10,814 nucleotides of DNA from a virus (IMGVR_UViG_3300020049_013266:1-10814), one strand, 5' to 3'; positions 1 to 6,186 are shown, numbered from the stretch's first letter. Notes: a model not told the origin generated them from the sequence alone. Translations and numbers: made by a program.

Positions 1-1
1 A

Positions 2-418
2 ATGGAAAAATACTTAATTTACTTGTTAGCGGGATTACTAGGAGTAATTGCGCATTGTCTTTTTAAAGCAAAAGATTTAATTACAGATGCAGAAAAATTG
101 AATGTTAAATTCACTTTTAAAAATTATTTGCGTGTTGATTGGTTTGGAGTTTCAAGTTCTTTATTGTCTGTGTTAATTTGGTTGCTTGTTTTTGGTGAAG
201 TTGTAGCGAAGTACCCAAAAATAATTGACTATGTTATTTGCTCTTTTGTGGGGTGGGGATTTTTAGGTTCTTACGTTTTACAAAAGTTTTTCAGTAGGGG
301 TAAGGCATATATAAGAAATACAATGGATGAGAAATCAAATATAGCCGATGGTAAAATTCAGGCATTTTTCGATGAGCCAATAGCCGGGGGGGGTCAAAAA
401 AATCCTTCCAAACCATAA
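2..418 (+). CDS. Holin-like membrane protein (3 predicted TM helices, charged C-terminal tail)
   Basis: Hydrophobic segments at about aa 4-22, 47-69 and 74-97, then a charged tail (SRGKAYIRNTMDEKSNIAD...). It is the first gene of a cassette upstream of an endolysin. The ATG is at the window edge, so the true start could lie upstream. Confidence 0.55.
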   Translation: MEKYLIYLLAGLLGVIAHCLFKAKDLITDAEKLNVKFTFKNYLRVDWFGVSSSLLSVLIWLLVFGEVVAKYPKIIDYVICSFVGWGFLGSYVLQKFFSRGKAYIRNTMDEKSNIADGKIQAFFDEPIAGGGQKNPSKP

Positions 419-419
419 C

Positions 420-770
420 ATGAAATTCTTTTTAAAACAAACTATTTACTTACTCCCTATTTTTCTTATGGGAGTAAGTTTTTTGTCTGTTATAATTCCT
501 TGGTTTGGATATGATTTTGATTATGTTTTATGGGGTAACATCGGAGGTTTTTCTTTGATTACCGATGTGCTATTTTTTTATGTTTTTTATTACGGTAAAT
601 ATTGTATTTTTACTAAACTTTTTCCTGTATGTTTATTCTTAGTTAATTTAGTAAATATATGGGGATTATATAACCCAACGCTCTATAATGTATGGTATGA
701 AGTTACTATATTTAGTTTAACTTTATCGGCATTAGGAATTTATCAACTTAATAAATGCCTAAACAAATGA
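420..770 (+). CDS. Hypothetical 4-TM membrane protein in the lysis cassette (possible holin or antiholin)
   Basis: 116 aa and almost entirely hydrophobic, with four candidate TM segments. It starts 1 nt after the previous stop (TAA-C-ATG). Function inferred from context only. Confidence 0.5.
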   Translation: MKFFLKQTIYLLPIFLMGVSFLSVIIPWFGYDFDYVLWGNIGGFSLITDVLFFYVFYYGKYCIFTKLFPVCLFLVNLVNIWGLYNPTLYNVWYEVTIFSLTLSALGIYQLNKCLNK

Positions 771-1027
771 TGTTTTTACAAACGCAATTAAACGAAACAG
801 CTCAATTAGCCTACGGAAGTATAAATTTTGCGACCGGATGCATAGTAATTATAGTTGCATTATCTACTACGGTAGTATTTCTTTACAAAAGAACCGAAAC
901 GCTTCAGAAAGAATTTAGAGAGTATTTACAAACAAGCAATGAAACAATGCTTAAAGTACATCAATCTGTAAATCTTTCTATCAGCCAGGTTACTAAAGTA
1001 ATGGAATATATTGAGTCCAAAAAATAA
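767..1027 (+). CDS. Single-TM membrane protein with C-terminal coiled coil (holin-like, BhlA/UviB-type architecture)
   Basis: TM segment (INFATGCIVIIVALSTTVVFLY) is followed by KR and an amphipathic helical tail. The start is more likely ATG 767 (ATGA overlap with the upstream TGA at 768-770) or ATG 770 than the track's 755. Confidence 0.5.
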   Translation: MMFLQTQLNETAQLAYGSINFATGCIVIIVALSTTVVFLYKRTETLQKEFREYLQTSNETMLKVHQSVNLSISQVTKVMEYIESKK

Positions 1028-1032
1028 ACGCT

Positions 1033-1155
1033 ATGTGTACGGGATCAGTAGATAAGGAAAAAGAAAAGTTTGAACACTTGTTAGAACTTATAGAAAAAAC
1101 TATTTGCGATGGTGATAAAAAGATACGTAAAATATTCAAAGAAATTGTGAAATGA
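1033..1155 (+). CDS. Small hypothetical protein, 40 aa (MCTGSVDKEKEKFEHLLELIEKTICDGDKKIRKIFKEIVK); not in the ORF track
   Basis: Translated by hand. ATG 1033 lies 5 nt after the upstream stop, and its TGA (1153-1155) overlaps the endolysin ATG (1152-1154) as ATGA. It fills the gap exactly. Confidence 0.6.
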   Translation: MCTGSVDKEKEKFEHLLELIEKTICDGDKKIRKIFKEIVK

Positions 1156-1646
1156 GATTAGACGAAAACGGATTAAAGATATTACACCAAAGGGAAGGAT
1201 TAAAATTAAAGCCTTATTTGGATACCGAAGAAATACCTACAATTGCACTTGGTAACACTTACTATTTGGATGGTAGAAAAGTAACAATGGATGATAAACC
1301 ATTAACGTTGCAGGAAGCACAAGAATTAGGAAAATTAACTGCTAATGATTTCGCAAAGTTTGTTGATTCAAAAATAAAAAAACCAACCAATCAAAACCAA
1401 TTTAACAACTTAGTTTCTATTGCTTACAACATAGGTAAAACCGGATTTGCAAACTCTACTTTTTTACGATTAATAAACGAAAATCCAAACGATATTAAAA
1501 TTGCTGATGCAATTGCCATGTGGAGAAAAAACGTAGAAGTGAGAGGCCGTAGAGCATCGGAATTAAAAGGGTATTTTGATTATCCAAAAGCTACGCCTGA
1601 AATTAAAAAATATATTGATAATGTAATTAAAAACAAATTGACATGA
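1152..1646 (+). CDS. Endolysin, GH24 (phage lysozyme family) muramidase
   Basis: Catalytic triad spacing E-X8-D-X5-T (E15 GLKLKPYL D24 TEEIP T30), followed by IALGNT. Also carries NQNQFNNLVSIAYNIG and GFANSTFLRLIN, and ends with W...RGRRASE, all typical of GH24. No SAR or signal segment. Confidence 0.92.
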   Translation: MRLDENGLKILHQREGLKLKPYLDTEEIPTIALGNTYYLDGRKVTMDDKPLTLQEAQELGKLTANDFAKFVDSKIKKPTNQNQFNNLVSIAYNIGKTGFANSTFLRLINENPNDIKIADAIAMWRKNVEVRGRRASELKGYFDYPKATPEIKKYIDNVIKNKLT

Positions 1647-1699
1647 AAAATAAAATAGTAATATCGGATTTAATAGTTGGGAAAGAAACATCCGTATGA
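1643..1699 (+). CDS. Putative 18-aa micro-ORF (MKNKIVISDLIVGKETSV), ATGA-coupled at both ends
   Basis: ATG 1643-1645 overlaps the endolysin TGA 1644-1646. Its TGA 1697-1699 overlaps the next gene's ATG 1696-1698. Its short length limits confidence. Confidence 0.4.
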   Translation: MKNKIVISDLIVGKETSV

Positions 1700-2382
1700 C
1701 ACAGATAAATTTAAACTCGCCAATTATATTATTTGCAGTCAAGGCAATTAAATATTTGTTTGTGGCAATAATATTTCATTTCGCTTTACAGTGGTTTGGA
1801 GGTTGTTCTTCTGAAAATAAGAAAACCACACAAAAAGTTATTGTACCTGCAGTGTCCGGAAAATTTGAAGCAAAAAAACCTGAATCATCTCCATTGGAAA
1901 TAAAACAAAATCCTGTTTCTGAAATTAAAAAAGATGGATTAGTTTATGTAGAGAATCCATTAAATGAAAAATTAATAAAAGAAAACGATAGTCTTAAAAT
2001 AAATTATGCAATAATCGGTGATTCTTTAAAAACAAAAGCATATGATAAAGCAATTGAACTGAATAAATTTTCCTCTATATTTGAAGATAAATATATGAAG
2101 CTCACTATAAATGGAATCGTAAGAGGAGAGGTTCAGGAAGTCACTCCGGAATACATTTTAAAACAAAGAGAAGTTGAGGCAGCTGTAAAAGAAACAAAGC
2201 TAAGGGTGCTGCTTGGTGGATCCGTAGGAATTAATAAAGACTTGAATCAAGGTGTTTATATGCTGGATTTGAATCTGCAAAACAAAAAAGGAGATATGGC
2301 CTCTGCTGGATACCTAAGAATAAATAATCAAGACTACGGCATGATTGGTGTAAAGAAATCCATTTTAAACATTAAAAGGTAA
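1696..2382 (+). CDS. Membrane-anchored or lipoprotein-like lysis accessory protein (spanin candidate)
   Basis: N-terminal hydrophobic helix ending FGG-C37-SS (relaxed lipobox), a soluble middle, and a C-terminus of about four amphipathic beta-strands. It lies immediately downstream of the endolysin. Confidence 0.4.
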   Translation: MTQINLNSPIILFAVKAIKYLFVAIIFHFALQWFGGCSSENKKTTQKVIVPAVSGKFEAKKPESSPLEIKQNPVSEIKKDGLVYVENPLNEKLIKENDSLKINYAIIGDSLKTKAYDKAIELNKFSSIFEDKYMKLTINGIVRGEVQEVTPEYILKQREVEAAVKETKLRVLLGGSVGINKDLNQGVYMLDLNLQNKKGDMASAGYLRINNQDYGMIGVKKSILNIKR

Positions 2383-2383
2383 A

Positions 2384-3886
2384 ATGACCAAGATAAAAAA
2401 ATACCCAATAAAAACACCTGTGTCAAGCGACAAATTTGTTGGGTCGGACTCTGAAAACAGCGACAAAACTGTAAATTTTAGTTTTGATGGGGTTTTAGCG
2501 TTGTTGAATTCAGAACCTATACCAGAAGATTTTTATATTGCTACTCTATTCGATAGTTCAAAAATAATGTACAAAACAGACATTTACAGAGAATTAGATT
2601 TGCAACCACATGTGTCTGTAACTATTACTATGACAAATGAAATCGTTAGGAATGGGAACGATTTTTTTATAGTTGGAAATTTTACTAATGATAATAGTTT
2701 GCCTGTTTTTATAGTTCGTCTTTTGGGAGCAAAAATTAAAAAAAATATTTTGATTTTCGATGCAATAGAATCGGGAAATTTAGCTGCTCCAATTCACGGT
2801 CTTATTTATCACAATGATTTTTTATTTACAGCTACTCGATCTAGTTTAACAACCATTACAAAAATAAATCCATATGATTTTTCAGATATTAGAACTTTGA
2901 CTTTGCCAAACACCTCAGATTACACAGGTTCTACAACTGATATAATTGGCTACAAAAATAAATTATATATTCTATGTACCGTGGATTGGTTTACAACTTC
3001 AAAGTTTATTGAAATTTCGGATAATTTATTAAGTTATAGGAATGCATTTTCTATTCCATCTATTGCAGGTTACAATACAACTTCGTCTTCACCTTTTTTA
3101 ATTTATAACGATGAATTGTATGTCCCTTTCACGATCAATGGGAACACAATGGCTATTCGTGTTTATGACCTTCAAGGTAACATGAAAAGGGAACGTACCA
3201 ATATTACAATAAACACAACTTTATCTGGAGGATATTACGTCACGCCACACTGGATGACTATTTTTAACAATAAATTGATCTTAACGACAGTTTACGGAAA
3301 ATCTCTAGTAAGGTTAGACTGTTTAACTTTGGCTACGGAGGATAGTAAGGCTTTGCCAACCTCAATAACTGACGATAATTCAATTAGTAGAGATGGATAC
3401 TTGTATTTACACGGTGAGCCAAATCCTTACGACTTGACAGCATCAGTTCAACTTTTAAAAGTGAAGTATAATAATTTTTCAGATTATACAGTGGTTTTAG
3501 ATGGTTTGGATTACAATAATGGTAATGGGTCTCATGGTTCAATTAATTATAAAGTTCAACCATCTAGTTTGAACCTATTGGCCAAAAAGGATAATTACCT
3601 AAGTAAAACAGCCAACTACACTATTGTTCTAAGTGATTTTCTAAATAATAATACTCTGGTAGTCTATGTAAATGCTACATCAGCCAATGTAACAATTACT
3701 CTCCCATTAGCTGCTGCAACAGCAGGATATGAAATTAAAGTCATTAAAACAGATATTACAGCAAATACAGTGACTGTTAAAGGTAATGGATCTCAGTTGA
3801 TAAATTCAGCAAACACTTTTGTTTTGTCTGCTCAGTTCAGCAATATTAAAATTAACTCCAATGGAACTCAAAACTATATATTATAA
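2384..3886 (+). CDS. Tail appendage or receptor-binding-like protein: N-terminal anchor, beta-propeller-like middle, C-terminal beta domain
   Basis: N-terminal motif shared with 3955..4950. Repeated blade-like units (IYHNDFLF, GYKNKLYI, IYNDELYV, IFNNKLIL, SRDGYLYL). The C-terminal TANYTIV...VTITLP...G.EIKVIK module is of a kind common in phage fibre proteins. Confidence 0.6.
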   Translation: MTKIKKYPIKTPVSSDKFVGSDSENSDKTVNFSFDGVLALLNSEPIPEDFYIATLFDSSKIMYKTDIYRELDLQPHVSVTITMTNEIVRNGNDFFIVGNFTNDNSLPVFIVRLLGAKIKKNILIFDAIESGNLAAPIHGLIYHNDFLFTATRSSLTTITKINPYDFSDIRTLTLPNTSDYTGSTTDIIGYKNKLYILCTVDWFTTSKFIEISDNLLSYRNAFSIPSIAGYNTTSSSPFLIYNDELYVPFTINGNTMAIRVYDLQGNMKRERTNITINTTLSGGYYVTPHWMTIFNNKLILTTVYGKSLVRLDCLTLATEDSKALPTSITDDNSISRDGYLYLHGEPNPYDLTASVQLLKVKYNNFSDYTVVLDGLDYNNGNGSHGSINYKVQPSSLNLLAKKDNYLSKTANYTIVLSDFLNNNTLVVYVNATSANVTITLPLAAATAGYEIKVIKTDITANTVTVKGNGSQLINSANTFVLSAQFSNIKINSNGTQNYIL

Positions 3887-3912
3887 ATGACAAATAGAAT
3901 TTTGCTGTCATT
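3886..3912. promoter_or_regulatory. Dyad AATGACA-N13-TGTCATT, candidate operator
   Basis: Perfect 7-bp inverted repeat (3886-3892 and 3906-3912) in an intergenic gap, just upstream of a -7 box. The right arm resembles that of the 6187-6220 palindrome. Confidence 0.4.
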
Positions 3913-3927
3913 AAATTAATATCTTTG
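3901..3927 (+). promoter_or_regulatory. Candidate Bacteroidota housekeeping-sigma promoter (-7 TAnnTTTG)
   Basis: TATCTTTG at 3920-3927, 27 nt before ATG 3955. TTTG at 3901-3904 gives a 15-nt spacer, shorter than the usual ~19-21 nt, so the -33 assignment is weak. Confidence 0.45.
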
Positions 3928-3954
3928 TTTCACATATAAAAACTGCGCTATTTT

Positions 3955-4950
3955 ATGACTAAGATAAAAAAAAAGGAGGCATATCCTTTAAAAGTAAATA
4001 TAGTAGAATCTGACTTTGTTCCTGGATCTGATAGCGAAAGCAGCGATTCCACAGTTAGCTTTGCTTTTGAATCTATCAGGGCATTTGCTATAGCTGGATT
4101 GTCTCCGGATATGGGCGGTACTCTAAAAATAACTGAAATAACATACTCTGGCGCATTAGATTCGCCAAGTGAAGTACTCAACAATCTCAATCCATCATAC
4201 AGTGTTTTAAGGTATCATTTAGTAGTGGTTTCTGTCAATGGATACAAGTGGATATTAAAACTTCAAAACATTACAGTAGGTATTTCTGAAACACCTGTAA
4301 CTGAACCTGATTTTATAGAAATACCAACATCTGTTGGTCCGGCAGGAAAAGGCATCTCCTCGATCACAAAAACAAACACCGTAGGACTTGTTGACACCTA
4401 TACTATCACATATACCGATTCTTCTACATCTAACTTTAATGTTACGAATGGTGCTCAGGGAATCCAAGGTATTCAGGGAATCCAAGGAATACAAGGCGTG
4501 CCAGGAAAAGGGATTTCTTCTATCGTAAAAACTTCTACCGCTGGATTAGTAGATACGTACACTATAACTTTTACAGATGCTACAACAACTACATTTCCAG
4601 TAACTAATGGAACTAACGGAACAAATGCTGTTAATGATAATCAAAAAGTACTCACATATCCTGATGATTTTACGTCCAGTAACTATACTCTTGTAAATGG
4701 TGATAATGACTATACAATTTTTGTTGAAAACGGGGCCAATGCTGTAAGTATAACTGTTCCCGCAGGATTGACAGGAAAGTTTCAAGTCGGGATCATTCAT
4801 AGAGGGACTTCCGATGTCACTTATATTGCATCAGGAACAACTGTCACAAATCCAGTAGGATTAAAAAGTAAAGGAACAGGTTATTCGCAATACCTAATCC
4901 AAAAAGGATCTACAAATGTTTTTAACCTACTTGGCAATACTAAAGTCTGA
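3955..4950 (+). CDS. Collagen-repeat tail fibre or appendage protein
   Basis: Shared MTKIKK...GSDSE N-terminal motif. Two 36-aa GKGISSI...VTNG repeats flank a (G-X-Q)n collagen stretch. The C-terminal NYTLV...VSITVP module resembles that of 2384..3886. Confidence 0.7.
   Translation: MTKIKKKEAYPLKVNIVESDFVPGSDSESSDSTVSFAFESIRAFAIAGLSPDMGGTLKITEITYSGALDSPSEVLNNLNPSYSVLRYHLVVVSVNGYKWILKLQNITVGISETPVTEPDFIEIPTSVGPAGKGISSITKTNTVGLVDTYTITYTDSSTSNFNVTNGAQGIQGIQGIQGIQGVPGKGISSIVKTSTAGLVDTYTITFTDATTTTFPVTNGTNGTNAVNDNQKVLTYPDDFTSSNYTLVNGDNDYTIFVENGANAVSITVPAGLTGKFQVGIIHRGTSDVTYIASGTTVTNPVGLKSKGTGYSQYLIQKGSTNVFNLLGNTKV
4345..4611 (+). repeat. Two 108-nt coding repeats (4345-4452, 4504-4611) separated by a collagen-like GXQ run
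   Basis: Counted by hand: 27/36 aa identical. The spacer encodes AQGIQGIQGIQGIQGVP. Confidence 0.9.
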
Positions 4951-5372
4951 TGAATGAATTTAAGAGACATATTTTTATGACAGAAGTGGAAGATTACGCT
5001 CCTCCTTCTTTGAATTATTGCGTAACATGGGAAGCTCATAATTTAGATAATATAAAAATGAGCTTAAGTGGAACTATTGATTTTACAGAAGAGTTGGGGT
5101 CGAGAACCATTGATGCGGGAGATTCTATAGGTACAATAACTTCTTATATTGTAGATGGTACTACAGTTCCAGCTTCTATTCCCATGACTTTTACATTAAA
5201 AAAAGCTAATTTTAGTACGGCTACTCTTGATGCTGTAATGGATAGTGTTTTAACTGTAATTACATTTTATGTGGAGATAATTTGTAATGATTCATCTGAC
5301 ATCAGTGTAGGAAATACATTGGCTGCAATGGAAGGAGATCCTCTTAACTCTAGTTTTGATAGTTGCGTATAA
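4950..5372 (+). CDS. Hypothetical acidic beta-rich protein (possibly Ig-like structural or accessory)
   Basis: 140 aa, starting by TGATG overlap with the fibre gene stop. Alternating beta-strand pattern, Asp/Glu/Thr/Ser-rich, three Cys. No family recognised. Confidence 0.5.
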   Translation: MNEFKRHIFMTEVEDYAPPSLNYCVTWEAHNLDNIKMSLSGTIDFTEELGSRTIDAGDSIGTITSYIVDGTTVPASIPMTFTLKKANFSTATLDAVMDSVLTVITFYVEIICNDSSDISVGNTLAAMEGDPLNSSFDSCV

Positions 5373-5387
5373 TTAAATAAAAATAAA

Positions 5388-5624
5388 ATGGAAACTAAAA
5401 GAATAAGATTGTTGTCAGTAGAAATATTTAACAGAGAGCCTTTTGTGTATGTAGCAGATAAGCCACGCCCTATAAAAATTGATGGCAAACAGGAAATGAG
5501 AACTATTACCAATATTATTGAAAAAGACAATCATTATGAGGTTTATCTTTCCTCCGGAGCAGAAAGCAAACATTGGAAAGACATTCCAAAAAACAACAAT
5601 GTAACAGTTGAGTATTATGTATAG
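5388..5624 (+). CDS. Hypothetical protein (78 aa), overlapping the start of the GroES-like gene
   Basis: A-rich leader (AAATAAAATG) and a compact beta-rich sequence (HYEVYL...HWKDIP...VTVEY). Its end overlaps the next gene's ATG 5617. Confidence 0.65.
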   Translation: METKRIRLLSVEIFNREPFVYVADKPRPIKIDGKQEMRTITNIIEKDNHYEVYLSSGAESKHWKDIPKNNNVTVEYYV

Positions 5625-6180
5625 GATGCCAAACAGATTTATCGTTTCTCCGTTAAATAACGAAAAGTTCATCACCGAAAAACAAATAGGTGATAAAAAA
5701 ATGATTATTAATACTTCTATAGAAAACGCTAAAGACGTAAACAGAATAGGAGTAGTTAAGTCTGTTCCATTGAATTATGAAGGAGAAATAAAAATAGGTG
5801 ATCATGTTGTTGTTCAGCATAATGTATTTAGAACGTTTTTTGACGGACAAGGATTAACAAGAGAATCTGACTTTCATATAGAAGGAGATTTATTTTTTGT
5901 TCTTCCTGAATTAATATTTTTAATAATTAGAGTAGAGGAGAAAATCCCGGTTGAGGGCTTTTGTTTTGTAGAACCAATTATCGAAACTAAGAAATGGATT
6001 GGAGACGTTGAATTAGAGCATCAAGGCTTTGTCAAGTACACAAACAATTATTTGAAATCCATAGGGGTTAATAATGGTGACAGAATAGCTTTTAGCGTAG
6101 ATTCGGAATACGAGTTTATGATTGAAGATATGAGGCTTTACAGAATGAGGAATAGTTCTATTTTAGCCAAACTTGATTAG
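5617..6180 (+). CDS. Co-chaperonin GroES-like protein with two tandem GroES-fold domains
   Basis: Domain 1: PNRFIVSP...IGVVKSVP...IKIGDHVVV...IEGDLFFV. Domain 2: EGFCFVEP...GFVKY...VNNGDRIAF..DSEYEFMIEDMRLYRMRNSSILAKL, matching the GroES pattern VKVGDKVLF..Y.G.E..IDG..Y....ESDILA. The track start 5608 is TTG; ATG 5617 or 5626 is more likely. Confidence 0.72.
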   Translation: MYRMPNRFIVSPLNNEKFITEKQIGDKKMIINTSIENAKDVNRIGVVKSVPLNYEGEIKIGDHVVVQHNVFRTFFDGQGLTRESDFHIEGDLFFVLPELIFLIIRVEEKIPVEGFCFVEPIIETKKWIGDVELEHQGFVKYTNNYLKSIGVNNGDRIAFSVDSEYEFMIEDMRLYRMRNSSILAKLD

Positions 6181-6186
6181 AAACAA

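Noticed and set aside
3887-3919. 10-codon ORF MTNRILLSLN directly after the 2384..3886 stop
   Set aside because: It is not coupled to the next gene and overlaps the dyad/promoter, which explains the sequence better.
3966-3980. A9 run and a perfect AAGGAGG just inside the fibre gene
   Set aside because: These encode the KKKEA N-terminus. No start codon follows at SD spacing, and A-runs are common at this AT content.
4345-4611. Repeat pair as a diversity-generating retroelement template/variable pair
   Set aside because: Differences are mostly synonymous and not adenine-specific (e.g. GGC/GGG, TCC/TCT), both copies are in-frame within one gene, and no reverse transcriptase is present.
3948-4800. 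Reverse-strand ORFs 3948..4190, 4255..4494 and 4546..4800
   Set aside because: They lie antisense to a well-supported fibre gene, have no recognisable motifs and show shadow-type composition.
5267-5850. Reverse-strand ORFs 5267..5530, 5415..5675 and 5653..5850 (hydrophobic-looking)
   Set aside because: Their hydrophobicity comes from reading A-rich (Lys/Glu/Asn) sense codons backwards as Phe/Leu/Ile. They overlap three coherent + strand genes.
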